A stretch of 64,000 nt of DNA from a candidate division CPR2 bacterium GW2011_GWC2_39_35 (GCA_000995065.1 LBWX01000001.1:223563-287562), one strand, 5' to 3'; numbered from the stretch's first letter, positions 35,525 through 45,543 are shown. Made by a program: numbers and translations. Notes: generated by a model from the sequence alone, not told the origin.

Positions 35525-36847
35525 ATGTCTTGGCAGAAGGATAATGAACAACAATTTTACTCAGGCTCGGCAATCATCCATCTGGATGCAGATTCTTTCT
35601 TTGCCTCATGCGAACAAGCTATCCATCCGGAATACAGAGGCAAACCGGTTATTACCGGCAAAGAGAGAGGTATTGTTTCGGCAGCTAGTTATGAAGCAAA
35701 GAGACTGGGAATCGGCCGCGGCACTCCCCTCTTTGAGGTTAGAAAGATCTGCCCCAACGCCATAATTGTCCCATCAGATTATGAGACTTACAGCCTCTTT
35801 TCTAAAAGGATTTTTACCATCATGCGCCGCTTCAGTCCTATTATTGAGGAATATTCAATAGACGAAGCCTTTGCCGATATCTCGGGTTTAAGGCGCCCCC
35901 TAAACATGTCTTACCCTCAAATTGCTCTCCGGATAAAAGAAACTGTCGAAAAAGAGCTTGGAATTACCGTTTCTGTAGGCCTTGCCCCCACCAAAGTTCT
36001 AGCTAAAGTCGGCTCCAAATGGAATAAACCATCAGGTCTCACCATAATCTCCAAAGAAGATATCCGTCTTTACTTAGAAAATTTACCAGTAGAAAAGGTT
36101 TGGGGTATCGGACCCCAAACCACCAAACATCTAAATAAACACGGTATTAAAACGGCTCTCGAATTTGTTAAAACCCCCTACCCTTGGATCAAGGCAAATC
36201 TTACCAAACCCCATGTCGAAATCTGGCTGGAACTTCGAGGCGAAAGCGTGTACCCGGTAAGCTCAGAGCTAAAGGAAGATTACTCGTCCGTTAGTAAATT
36301 TAAAACATTTACTCCCCCATCTAAAGACAGAAACTTTATATTCTCCCAGCTTTCTAAAAACCTAGAAAACGCCTTTATAAAAGCCCGTCGCCACAACCTT
36401 GCCACCCAAAAAATAGTAGCCATTTTAAGAACCCAAGAATTTAAACATGCTTCCTTAGAAGCAAAGCTTAACAGACCCACTTCTTTCCCAAACGAAGCCA
36501 TTCCGATGGTCAAAAAAATGTTTGAACAAATTTATTATTCAGGGACTCTTTACCGAGCTACAGGAATCATCTTATTAAGCCTTGAAGAAAATAATTCTAC
36601 TCAACTTACTCTCTTTGAGGACCCGTTAAAGTTTGGGAAGATCGAAAAATTATATGCCTCTATCGATGAACTAGCGACTCGCTATGGCAAACACACCATT
36701 TTTCTAGGGTCTAGTTATTATGCTAATAATCTCAAATCCCACCTAAGCGAACGTGGCGACATTCCCGATACTCAAAAAACTAGGATCGGGCAAGTTAACG
36801 AACGTAAGTTTTTGAACTTACCAATATTTATGAATAAATTAGATTAA
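35525..36847 (+). CDS. dinB: Y-family translesion DNA polymerase (DinB/UmuC-like)
   Basis: IIHLDADSFFASCE, SIDEAFADIS catalytic motifs; palm/fingers/thumb/little-finger length (440 aa); 10 nt after lexA. Confidence 0.85.
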   Translation: MSWQKDNEQQFYSGSAIIHLDADSFFASCEQAIHPEYRGKPVITGKERGIVSAASYEAKRLGIGRGTPLFEVRKICPNAIIVPSDYETYSLFSKRIFTIMRRFSPIIEEYSIDEAFADISGLRRPLNMSYPQIALRIKETVEKELGITVSVGLAPTKVLAKVGSKWNKPSGLTIISKEDIRLYLENLPVEKVWGIGPQTTKHLNKHGIKTALEFVKTPYPWIKANLTKPHVEIWLELRGESVYPVSSELKEDYSSVSKFKTFTPPSKDRNFIFSQLSKNLENAFIKARRHNLATQKIVAILRTQEFKHASLEAKLNRPTSFPNEAIPMVKKMFEQIYYSGTLYRATGIILLSLEENNSTQLTLFEDPLKFGKIEKLYASIDELATRYGKHTIFLGSSYYANNLKSHLSERGDIPDTQKTRIGQVNERKFLNLPIFMNKLD

Positions 36848-37004
36848 AAAATAAAACCGTTCAGGTACACGTTGATAAACTAAACCCCCAACTAATACTC
36901 AAAATCGGATTAGCACGTAATGCTCGCTCTTTTTAGAATTTTAATGGACTCTAGACGAATTTTAAAATCAAGATCATTGCTGCATCGAAACACTTGAAAA
37001 ATAA

Positions 37005-37682
37005 TTACTTTTTGTTTACAAACATCCCTGCAAATAGGTTGATAAATCCAATGGTCATTAGAATCTGAGACAACACTACCAGACTATCATACCTAACAGC
37101 AACCATTAAGGGGCCTGATACACTAATCATAAAGAAAGCCGTCCCCATAAAAAAATAATGGCTCCTTTCGCGTTTTGGTGCCTTAAGACCGGTACTAAAA
37201 AAGATGAAGCTGGTTGGTACCCACATCATAAGAGCGCCTATGTAGAGCGTCCAGGAAGATACGGGATTTAGATTCCAATATATAATTCCGGCATCATTTA
37301 GCAGTGGCCTCGGCAACATAAAAATATTAAGCATGATGCTCAAAAAAGTAATAATTAGAAGCGCAACAAAAGGGATTTTTGGATTGATCTTTGGATATTT
37401 CATTACAAAGGGAATCTTGATGCCAAAAGAAAAGCTTAAATAAAGAAAGGCATCGCCTATAATCTTAAGCCAACTAAACAAAAAGGGATTTTGGTTATAA
37501 AACAAGATAGCTACAGTAAATACTAAATACGAAGAGGTTAAGATTAAAATAGTCGGCAAAAAAATATTAACAATTTTATTTTCAGGATCTTTCTTTTTGG
37601 CGCTCCTAAGCTTGTAATAAAAAACCCCGAGAATAACCGTGTCTATTAAAAAAACTAATCCGGAAAATGAAAACATTTTCAT
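37005..37682 (-). CDS. hypothetical polytopic membrane protein (operonic with ABC transporter)
   Basis: 6 predicted TM segments; 4-nt overlap with upstream permease. Confidence 0.45.
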   Translation of the reverse strand: MKMFSFSGLVFLIDTVILGVFYYKLRSAKKKDPENKIVNIFLPTILILTSSYLVFTVAILFYNQNPFLFSWLKIIGDAFLYLSFSFGIKIPFVMKYPKINPKIPFVALLIITFLSIMLNIFMLPRPLLNDAGIIYWNLNPVSSWTLYIGALMMWVPTSFIFFSTGLKAPKRERSHYFFMGTAFFMISVSGPLMVAVRYDSLVVLSQILMTIGFINLFAGMFVNKK

Positions 37683-38488
37683 ACCGCAATGTCTCTCTTA
37701 GTAAACCAGAACAGCCCGAGTAAAGTGAATAACAGCGCCGTTCCTAAAAATACTGGATAAGCCAGCTTATCGATTTGGGTATGCACTAACGCTCCGGTAG
37801 CATTGTAATAATAAAAGAAAGAAGCGTAATGCAAATCTTTTAAATTATCCTTTAAGTTCGCCACAATATTTAAGACATACATTAAAATGAGTATTCCGCC
37901 GGTTAAAAAGTAAACTTTACCTTTATCCGAAAAAATGCTGGCAAAAAAAGAAGCGATACTAAGAACGGCCAGGCCGAAAATAAAGCTTAAGAAAGATGCC
38001 ACAAAGTATGAATTTAAGTTATAGTCTATTCCAAAAAACGCAGCAATCGGAACAATCGAGATAATCGGAATTACCGAAAAAATAAGCATCCCAAAAACTC
38101 CTGCCAAATATTTGCCAAAAAATATCTTAGCCCTCGAAACCGGCTGAGAAAGCACAATTTCTATTGTTCCTTTTTCAATTTCACCGGCAATTGCCGTTCC
38201 GGGCAAAGAGCAAGCTAAAATTACCGCCATTATAGGCCAAATGAAGCTAAAAAACTCTGTAGCTATAAATCCCTCTAAACTAGAAAGCATCGTCTGGACG
38301 CTATCAACGCCAAAAGCCTTCATCATCGATTCCGGATAGGCTTCCATCGCCTGAATTAATTGTTCAGAAGATTTTTGAATTGATGGAAACAGAGCCACAT
38401 ACATTAATGCAAAACCAACTGCGGAGACCGCAAAAGCCGTTATTGCTATTCTTTTATTTTTAATTGTTCGCCAGAGAATTGGAAACAT
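37679..38488 (-). CDS. ABC-2-type transporter permease
   Basis: 6-TM protein directly downstream of ABC ATPase with overlap. Confidence 0.6.
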   Translation of the reverse strand: MFPILWRTIKNKRIAITAFAVSAVGFALMYVALFPSIQKSSEQLIQAMEAYPESMMKAFGVDSVQTMLSSLEGFIATEFFSFIWPIMAVILACSLPGTAIAGEIEKGTIEIVLSQPVSRAKIFFGKYLAGVFGMLIFSVIPIISIVPIAAFFGIDYNLNSYFVASFLSFIFGLAVLSIASFFASIFSDKGKVYFLTGGILILMYVLNIVANLKDNLKDLHYASFFYYYNATGALVHTQIDKLAYPVFLGTALLFTLLGLFWFTKRDIAV

Positions 38489-39365
38489 TTTCTTTCCTTT
38501 CGTAATATTCTAAGAAAATATCTTCTAAACTTGCATGATTTATTTCGACGTCTTTAACCTCATATTTAGAGATCTCTCTTAAAATCTGATTAATATCCCC
38601 TTTTACGTTTAAGACGAGACCGCCTGGTACTTCTTTTTGTATGCTTATACCATCACCCTTAAAGCTACTTTTACTAAATTTACCGGCAAAAGATACATTT
38701 ACAACATGAATCTTTTTGCCTTTTAAGTTTTGGATGTTTTCGGTGGTAATCATCTTCCCTTGTTTAATAATGCCAACTCGACTGCAAACTCTTTCTACCT
38801 CCGCCAAATTATGAGAAGACATAAAAACCGTTCGGCCCTTTTCGCTAAAGCTCTTTATAACATCATAAACGGCGTTTTGAAGCAGCGGATCTAGAGCTGT
38901 TGTCGGCTCATCAAGGATTAAAACCTCGGGTTCCGACATAAAAGCTAAAATTAAACCCAACTTTTGTTTATTTCCCGAGGAAAGATTTTTTACTTTAATC
39001 TTAGGATTATAATCAAAATCCTTTGCAAGTTTCAATAGACTTTTTGATTTACCTCTAATATTTTGGATAAACTCAAAATGCTCTTCTCCGGTCCAGTTTT
39101 CGTAAAGCCGAACATCACCAGAGAGATAACCAATTTTACCTTTTAACTCTTCGGAATTTGCCTGCGTATCAAGCTCTAAGACAGAAATGTTGCCGGCCGT
39201 TGGCCGCACAAAATCCATAATACAACGTATAGTGGTAGTTTTGCCGGCGCCGTTTGGCCCTAGAAAACCAAAAACCTCGCCCTTCTCTACATCAAAACAG
39301 ATGCCTTGAACCGCCTTTGTATTCCCATAATGCTTCTCTAAATTTTTAACTTCTATAACTGCCAT
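38460..39365 (-). CDS. ABC transporter ATP-binding protein
   Basis: Walker A GPNGAGKTTT, signature-like LSSGNKQK, Walker B VLILDEPT, H-loop. Confidence 0.88.
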   Translation of the reverse strand: MAVIEVKNLEKHYGNTKAVQGICFDVEKGEVFGFLGPNGAGKTTTIRCIMDFVRPTAGNISVLELDTQANSEELKGKIGYLSGDVRLYENWTGEEHFEFIQNIRGKSKSLLKLAKDFDYNPKIKVKNLSSGNKQKLGLILAFMSEPEVLILDEPTTALDPLLQNAVYDVIKSFSEKGRTVFMSSHNLAEVERVCSRVGIIKQGKMITTENIQNLKGKKIHVVNVSFAGKFSKSSFKGDGISIQKEVPGGLVLNVKGDINQILREISKYEVKDVEINHASLEDIFLEYYERKENVSNSLANN

Positions 39366-39549
39366 CGATCCCTCTTTTATCGTTTTTGTTACTTAAACAT
39401 TTTTTCACCTTTTTTAAAAAAAGTCAAAAAGATAAAAAGATAAAGAATTGCATAATTTGGCTTATGCTTGCCAAAAATTGTTATTTTGAATATAATTGTC
39501 ACAAACCTTGGCTGCCAGCCTTTTAAAAATAAGATCGGGAGGGATTAGA

Positions 39550-39843
39550 ATGGTAAAATTTAAAACTGGTAGTTCCTCAATACCACGAGGCGTAGAAATA
39601 ACAGTGAGCGATATTACCGAAAGCATCAAACTTTTTAACGGCACAATGTACTTATCAAAAACAGATGCTCTCATTTTGTTGGCAATATATGCAGCATTAA
39701 ATATTGATAATATGGAGAGCTTTACTAAGGCCGTAGAAATCATAAAAGATGCAAAGACTAAGAGAAAACAAATTCCCGCAAAAGCGCTAAAACTCCTAGC
39801 AAATAGTATTACCACCAAAATCAAGAGACAAAAAACCGCTTGA
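39550..39843 (+). CDS. hypothetical basic protein (97 aa)
   Basis: GGGAGGGA SD 5 nt before ATG 39550; ends inside a perfect bidirectional terminator; antisense ORF 39462..39851 judged spurious. Confidence 0.5.
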   Translation: MVKFKTGSSSIPRGVEITVSDITESIKLFNGTMYLSKTDALILLAIYAALNIDNMESFTKAVEIIKDAKTKRKQIPAKALKLLANSITTKIKRQKTA

Positions 39844-39860
39844 AATACCAAGCGGTTTTT
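39829..39860. terminator. bidirectional rho-independent terminator
   Basis: aaaaaccgcttg-aaatacc-aagcggttttt, perfect 7-bp GC-rich stem flanked by A5 and T5. Confidence 0.8.
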
Positions 39861-39876
39861 CTCTTTTATCTATCTA

Positions 39877-40452
39877 TTAACAATCTTTCTTTTTTGCAAT
39901 TTCCGAGAGGACTTTTTCTATTTTTTGATGTAAGTCCGCTAAGGTTCCATCATTCACAATTTCATAATCAGCCATGGCGATTGATTCAGATATTATTTGT
40001 GCATTGGGATTTAAATTAACCATTTCCACCTCTTCTTGAGCCTTAAACTTTTCGAATGTTACATCATCACCCAACCTACCGCGTGCCTTAAGCCTCTTAT
40101 AACGAATCTCTATCGGAGCTAAAACTGCGATAATAAAACCACCTTTTTTCTTAACTGCATCAACTTCGTGAGGATTTCTTAGGCCGCTAACCACTAATTT
40201 GTTAGCCTCTTCTTCAAGCGCAAGCCTGGCCAGATAATCAGCCCCGTGCTCTGCTCTTAAAAAATTAGCAGTTGATCTTTCCAAATCTCTATCTATTGTA
40301 CCAAGCTGATGCTCCATAATATAAAACCTAAGCAAATCTCCGGTAGCAACATGAACAAAACCATGCTCCTCTACTAAAAAGGCAGATACAGTATCCTTAC
40401 CACTAGACAACTCGCCTGTTATTCCGATAATAACATCGTAAAGATCTTTCAT
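39877..40452 (-). CDS. P-loop nucleoside/nucleotide kinase-family protein (dephospho-CoA kinase / dNMP kinase-like)
   Basis: N-terminal GITGELSSGKDTV P-loop resembling CoaE-type GxTGxxGSGKST; ~190 aa. Confidence 0.45.
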   Translation of the reverse strand: MKDLYDVIIGITGELSSGKDTVSAFLVEEHGFVHVATGDLLRFYIMEHQLGTIDRDLERSTANFLRAEHGADYLARLALEEEANKLVVSGLRNPHEVDAVKKKGGFIIAVLAPIEIRYKRLKARGRLGDDVTFEKFKAQEEVEMVNLNPNAQIISESIAMADYEIVNDGTLADLHQKIEKVLSEIAKKKDC

Positions 40453-40453
40453 T

Positions 40454-40882
40454 CTACTTACCTTTCATCTTTTTATACACTTCTATTGCCTCCAAGGTTG
40501 TTTGATTAACATTTTCCGGAAGGTCATTGATATTAAACCAGCCAATCTCATCAATTTTATGTGGTTCCATATTGGTAGGCTTGCCATTTACAATCTCTGC
40601 CAGATAATTAAATCCAATCCAATGCTGTCCCTCATTTTTTATAATGTGATCACTATAACCTAAGAAATCTAGAATTTCAATTTCGATTCCAAGCTCTTCT
40701 TTAGCTTCCCTCTTTATGGCATCCTCAACCCTTTCATTAAACTCAACTTCTCCTCCCGGTTTCTGCCAAAACCCGACTTCATTTTTCGAGCTTGCCCCTC
40801 TTTTAAGTAAAAGTGTTTCGTTTTTATCGTTTACGATGAGCGGACCGCAACCGACCCCAATATAATCTTTCCCTGCCTTCAT
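40454..40882 (-). CDS. NUDIX hydrolase
   Basis: Nudix box GGEVEFNERVEDAIKREAKEELGI (Gx5Ex7REUxEExGU). Confidence 0.85.
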   Translation of the reverse strand: MKAGKDYIGVGCGPLIVNDKNETLLLKRGASSKNEVGFWQKPGGEVEFNERVEDAIKREAKEELGIEIEILDFLGYSDHIIKNEGQHWIGFNYLAEIVNGKPTNMEPHKIDEIGWFNINDLPENVNQTTLEAIEVYKKMKGK

Positions 40883-40884
40883 TA

Positions 40885-41244
40885 TTATTCTTCCCTCTTT
40901 TTGTAAGTCGTTTCATGAGGATCTAAAATTAGCGGATAGACATCCAAGGCGATCTCCTCATAAGGGTGAACTTTATTTATCGCCCTTATTACTTTATCCA
41001 AATTTTTTTTAAAGCAAACTGTTTCGATTCTTTCTTCCGCTACTTCTTCCAGCCTCCCCACCTCGCCGATTGATGGATTGGCGCCCTTAAGAGGAAGAAA
41101 TCTACCGGTACCTTTAACCGAAAAACTGCAATACTTATAATTACCAATTAGTCCTGCACCCGCCTTGCCCATAGCTTCTCTAACCACATTGGCATGCGTT
41201 TCTGGAACAAAAACAACTATTTTAACGGCTTCATCTGAATTCAT
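40885..41244 (-). CDS. small PII/CutA-like alpha/beta protein resembling the NIF3 (YqfO) insert domain (recalled from memory, not verified)
   Basis: VVFVPETHANVVREAMGKAGAG.IGNY..CSF...HPYEE pattern resembles the NIF3 (YqfO) inserted domain. Confidence 0.3.
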   Translation of the reverse strand: MNSDEAVKIVVFVPETHANVVREAMGKAGAGLIGNYKYCSFSVKGTGRFLPLKGANPSIGEVGRLEEVAEERIETVCFKKNLDKVIRAINKVHPYEEIALDVYPLILDPHETTYKKREE

Positions 41245-41325
41245 GCACTCATGTTAACAAAAAATGCCCAAATGGGCAATTTTGTTTATCTTGGATAGGT
41301 TTTTGCTATATCACTTCTACTATTT

Positions 41326-41694
41326 CTACACCTTTTTGCTTTTGATCAGCAGCTCATACAAAATAGCTGGAATTTTTCGAGACTTGTTAATCACTGCGTG
41401 AGGAATTTGAGACGGAATTATAAATAAGTATAGTTCTCCTTGCGGATTCATTTCTTCTTCGTGCTTTTGGCCTTGATCATCCAGCCAAATAAATCTTAAA
41501 TTTTCACCAAGGCCAATAAATGCTTCCTTTCTAGGATGCTTATGATTGCCTCCAAATTGCTGTGGCGGAAAGTATGTAATATATTTCTCGCGAACCTCAA
41601 AATCGTCTGGTAATTCAATTGTTCCTAAATCTAATACCCAAAGTCCGTTTTCTTTTTTGTAAGCAGGTTGAATGTGCGTTCTTGTTATAGCCAT
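41326..41694 (-). CDS. cupin-domain protein
   Basis: cupin motif 1 GGNHKHPRKEAFIGLG and motif 2 PSQIPHAVIN; start at MAITRTH. Confidence 0.6.
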   Translation of the reverse strand: MAITRTHIQPAYKKENGLWVLDLGTIELPDDFEVREKYITYFPPQQFGGNHKHPRKEAFIGLGENLRFIWLDDQGQKHEEEMNPQGELYLFIIPSQIPHAVINKSRKIPAILYELLIKSKKV

Positions 41695-41778
41695 GGATTT
41701 ATTATAACAAGAATTTACTGCAAACAAAAAATACTCCGTCTAATTGTATATTTAGCGACATTAATATAAACTGGCAAT

Positions 41779-42636
41779 ATGCAAAAAGAATTTGCAATAA
41801 AAGAAAAGTGGATAGATGTAAATGGATACAATATCCATTATTTTGTTGTTGGCAAAGGAAAGCCGTTGGTGTGCCTTCATGGAACTGGCCAAGCCTCAGC
41901 CTGGATAACATTTAAGAATGTACTTAAAGAATTTCCTGGCAATTTTCAGGTTATTGCTCTAGATTGGCCTGGCTATGGAAAAAGCAGCCAAATTTATATT
42001 CCTCATACAGTCGAATTCTTTATAAAAATTTTGGAAACATTTGTAAAGAAACTAGATTTAGAAAAATTTTCGCTTGTCGGACACTCAATGGGTGGAGCAA
42101 TTACCATCGGCTTTACGCTAAAATTTCCAGAAAAAGTAGAAAAATTAGTCCTTGTGGATAGTTATGGACTGGGAAATAAATTGAATAGACATCTATTAAT
42201 GGCACTTGGCCTTAAATTGCCAATGGCTTATGATGTTGGATGGCATTTAATGAGTAAAAATAATTTCGTATCAAAAAGCCTTATCCGCGCATCACTCGTA
42301 AATAAAGAGGCTGCAACCGATGAATATGTTAAAGAAATTCAAGAAGCAATGAAGGATAATAAACTAAGAGATGCCTGCAAATTATGGGCTAAGGAAGAAA
42401 TAAGGCTACATGGCACTACTACAAACTATTCAGGACAGCTATCTAAACTAAAACTTCCCATTTTCTTCCTTCATGGACGCAAAGATCGGCTTTTCCCCGT
42501 AAAGTGGTCTCAAAATGCTCATCAAAATCTTCCTAATTCGAAAATCAAGGTTTTTGAAAATACTGGGCATATAACACTAACCGATAGACCATCAGAAGCC
42601 AACCATCTTATCTTAAACTTTTTGTTAGATAAATAA
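41779..42636 (+). CDS. alpha/beta-fold hydrolase
   Basis: nucleophile elbow LVGHSMGG, HGxxD and C-terminal His (ENTGH). Confidence 0.8.
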   Translation: MQKEFAIKEKWIDVNGYNIHYFVVGKGKPLVCLHGTGQASAWITFKNVLKEFPGNFQVIALDWPGYGKSSQIYIPHTVEFFIKILETFVKKLDLEKFSLVGHSMGGAITIGFTLKFPEKVEKLVLVDSYGLGNKLNRHLLMALGLKLPMAYDVGWHLMSKNNFVSKSLIRASLVNKEAATDEYVKEIQEAMKDNKLRDACKLWAKEEIRLHGTTTNYSGQLSKLKLPIFFLHGRKDRLFPVKWSQNAHQNLPNSKIKVFENTGHITLTDRPSEANHLILNFLLDK

Positions 42637-42641
42637 TTAGA

Positions 42642-43052
42642 TTAAATTCCTTTTTTATAACCCAAATATAAGAATAGAATAATTATTAAATCAATTACAA
42701 TTATAGCAGTGCCTGGATAACCAAACTCCGGAAATAAAGTATTTACCAAAAAACCAATCATAGTTGTTGTTACCAAAACAATAATCGAATGTAACCAAGC
42801 ATTCTTAAAATTACGTAAAACTCTTACCCCAAAGATAACTTGCAGAATACCAATAGCGAACGTTGTCACATCATTTATAGTAAAGCTTAATAATATATTA
42901 AAAGGAACCTCTGATCCCGACAATTTACTCTGGGCTAACAGAACATAAAGAAAAGCAACAAAAATTGTTAAAGCTCCGAGTAATATCTCTAGAACCCCAG
43001 CTAGTGCAAGGTAACCATTATTTTTTTGATCAAAAGTCTTTTCTTCTACCAT
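42642..43052 (-). CDS. hypothetical membrane protein (4 TM)
   Basis: 136 aa hydrophobic. Confidence 0.4.
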   Translation of the reverse strand: MVEEKTFDQKNNGYLALAGVLEILLGALTIFVAFLYVLLAQSKLSGSEVPFNILLSFTINDVTTFAIGILQVIFGVRVLRNFKNAWLHSIIVLVTTTMIGFLVNTLFPEFGYPGTAIIVIDLIIILFLYLGYKKGI

Positions 43053-43151
43053 TTCAACCTCTTTCTGTGCCTATTATATATTTATTATCACGAAAAATTA
43101 ATTATTGTTGTAGGTCCAATTTGAATTGTAAGCCATAAGAAATCCTTTACC

Positions 43152-43559
43152 TTACCTCGACAATAAAGCATGTATAGCGCCAGTCACAAGTTCGATGGAT
43201 TCGGGATTTTGCCCGGTAATAACACGCTCATCAACTGCAAGATGTGGCTCACGAAGTCCAGATGATTCAAATATTGCCCCTTGCTCGATAAGTTTTGATT
43301 CCAAAAGAAACGGCATATCTTGATAATGTGGTGTGGCTTTTTCTTCGGCATTCGTAAAACTATTTATTCTTTTGCCGCTAACAAGAAAATTGCCATTTTT
43401 ATCTTTGGCCCCCACAAATGCCGCTGGACCATGACACACGGCAGCCAAAATACCTCCTTCAGCATATGTTTTTGACATTATATTTTCCAAAGTTTCATTA
43501 TTTGATTTATTCATAGTGAAATTATACAATTTTTTTCTGAAAATGGAAGCTACTCCCAA
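43152..43559 (-). pseudogene. N-terminally truncated DJ-1/PfpI-family (class I glutamine amidotransferase-like) gene remnant
   Basis: retains GGILAAVCHGP nucleophile-elbow motif and C-terminal half, but only ~50 residues precede the Cys (normally ~100); 5' end overlaps gpt. Confidence 0.5.
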
Positions 43560-43975
43560 GGGAAAACAGGTAGAACCTCGACTTCCTTAAGATAAAAATC
43601 GGGTTTTATTTCCGAAATTGACATAACATAGAAACAAACCGTTTTCACATTTGCGCCTTTATTAAGGAGATAATCTTCGGCTACCTTCAAGCTCCTACCG
43701 GTCTCAAGCATATCTTCCACTAGTAAAATGTTTTTGTTATTAAAATCTTCTTTTATCTCACTCATCACTTTTCTTTCTTCGCCAACTTTTTTAACCGTAA
43801 GGCAATACATATCCTTTACCTTTAAAGATTTTGATAGCAACCGCGCCGGCACCAAACCGCCTCTAACAATTCCAACAATAATATCGGGTGTAAAATCGAT
43901 TTTTTGAGAGAGAGTATTTAATTCTTCTTCAAATTCCTGCCAAGTCATATGATTATTATAACAAACTTTGGGCAT
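43550..43975 (-). CDS. gpt: xanthine-guanine phosphoribosyltransferase-like (type I PRTase)
   Basis: TWQEFEEEL..IIVGIVRGGLVPARLL and PRPP-binding ILLVEDMLETGRSL, C-terminal VFPWE; gpt-like arrangement recalled from memory. Confidence 0.7.
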   Translation of the reverse strand: MPKVCYNNHMTWQEFEEELNTLSQKIDFTPDIIVGIVRGGLVPARLLSKSLKVKDMYCLTVKKVGEERKVMSEIKEDFNNKNILLVEDMLETGRSLKVAEDYLLNKGANVKTVCFYVMSISEIKPDFYLKEVEVLPVFPWE

Positions 43976-44516
43976 TAGGGTAACGCTTCACCCCGTAAAC
44001 CCATTTGTGCTTATTTCTTAAAATCAAGGCTTTTCTTAAATACTCAAAAATGCGTTGAAGGTTTAGAGATTTTTTAATGATATTAAGCCGGATAGCGATA
44101 GGGAGTTGATAAATCTTTAGTAAAGGGATTTTTTCATCTTTCATCCACTTTACAACTATAGGATTTCGACTAACAACATATAAATTTCTCTTTCTTTCCT
44201 TAATCGAATTTAAGGCAGTTTTAAACAAATCAAGACCTATCCCCTGATCTCGATACTCTTCTTTGACAAATAGAATCTTTACTTCCGTCCAATCCTGCCA
44301 AAAATCTTTATTTACAACAACGCCGATGAATTTACCCTCTATTTCAGCTACCCAAACTTCCTTAAATCTTTTAAGATCTTTTTTTGTATAAGCGATAATG
44401 CCCGGCAAGGATCTAATTTCTCTTATCAAAAGCTCTGCTTCTTTGTCGGTTAAAGATCTTTTGGTTGTTTGATAGCTGAGATTATTCTTCATGAAAATAA
44501 CACCCGTATTTGGCAT
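43956..44516 (-). CDS. GNAT-family N-acetyltransferase
   Basis: acetyl-CoA motif RDQGIGLDLF (Q/RxxGxG/A) in ~180-aa protein. Confidence 0.6.
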   Translation of the reverse strand: MPNTGVIFMKNNLSYQTTKRSLTDKEAELLIREIRSLPGIIAYTKKDLKRFKEVWVAEIEGKFIGVVVNKDFWQDWTEVKILFVKEEYRDQGIGLDLFKTALNSIKERKRNLYVVSRNPIVVKWMKDEKIPLLKIYQLPIAIRLNIIKKSLNLQRIFEYLRKALILRNKHKWVYGVKRYPNAQSLL

Positions 44517-44671
44517 AATATTTAACGTATTCCATTTCCCTGAAATAGCTTTAGTTTTTCTAGTTTAATTTTATGAAACATTTGTTGTTCTCCAAAGTTA
44601 AAATTTCTAACCTAAATTTATCTTTTCAATTAGACCCAGGACTTTTTTATTATGACTACGTGTTACAAATA

Positions 44672-45040
44672 TTATTTAAAATCTAACTGATAATCAGGTA
44701 TGCCCAAACCAGCTCCGTGTTGCTTTGCTTCTTCATACTGTTGTTTGTCTTTTCTATCGATTAAAAAAACCTCATCTCTAAAGATCACGTAATGATAATC
44801 TTCATTTCTATAATCCGCATACCAAGCGTGATCAGGGTCAAGAGAATCTTTAATTTGCTCTGCAATTTTTTCGGCATCGCTTTCAGGCACTTCAACTAGA
44901 TACATTGTCCATTGTGAAACCCAAGGAGTTTTGTGTCTCTCTGTCACTTGAGAAGTCTCAGTAGATATAACCTTTACTTTATTTAGAACCTCTTTACTTA
45001 CAAGAGATTCTTCAATAATCGTTCCTTGAAAATTTATCAT
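44672..45040 (-). CDS. hypothetical protein
   Basis: 122-aa ORF, no motif recognised. Confidence 0.35.
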   Translation of the reverse strand: MINFQGTIIEESLVSKEVLNKVKVISTETSQVTERHKTPWVSQWTMYLVEVPESDAEKIAEQIKDSLDPDHAWYADYRNEDYHYVIFRDEVFLIDRKDKQQYEEAKQHGAGLGIPDYQLDFK

Positions 45041-45093
45041 AATACCCCTTTCCCATCTATAATTAAACCAAATAAAAGAAAAGCAATTTGAGC

Positions 45094-45543
45094 CTATTCC
45101 CAGCGATATTCGGAGAAGAAAATTTTATTTTTGTAATTTTCTAAAGCAACTCTTACATTTTCTACTGTATTTTCCGGTAGGTCATCAAGGGGAAACCAAG
45201 ATAGATCACTGCATTTTTGCGGCTCCATTATTTTCGGTTCTCCTTGCCAATTGTCAGCTGTTAGATAAAAATCAACAAATTCATAGCTACTTATATGATG
45301 AACAACATGTACCACTTTTAAATCTTCGGATTTAATTTCTAATCCCGCTTCTTCTTTGGCTTCTCTTGCCATTGCCTCTGCAACAGTTTCATTACCGTCA
45401 AGATGTCCGGCAACTAAGCTATATTCACCATCTTTCCAGCCGGCATTAGCCCTTCTAAGAAGCAAGATTTGATTACCCTTGAGCAGTATTAGATAAACTG
45501 CTCCGCGTAATGTAAATTTCTGTTTTGACATTACTATCTCCAT
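45094..45543 (-). CDS. NUDIX hydrolase
   Basis: Nudix box GHLDGNETVAEAMAREAKEEAGLEI. Confidence 0.85.
   Translation of the reverse strand: MEIVMSKQKFTLRGAVYLILLKGNQILLLRRANAGWKDGEYSLVAGHLDGNETVAEAMAREAKEEAGLEIKSEDLKVVHVVHHISSYEFVDFYLTADNWQGEPKIMEPQKCSDLSWFPLDDLPENTVENVRVALENYKNKIFFSEYRWE

Noticed and set aside
39462-39851. 129-aa ORF on the minus strand antisense to 39550..39843
   Set aside because: - Its translation is dominated by hydrophobic residues typical of antisense reading of an AT-rich gene.
- The plus-strand gene has a strong GGGAGGGA RBS and ends in a perfect terminator.
41702-41911. 69-aa minus-strand ORF upstream of the cupin gene
   Set aside because: - It overlaps the promoter region and the start of the alpha/beta hydrolase gene and the ORF-track extension of the cupin gene.
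- It is hydrophobic low-complexity.
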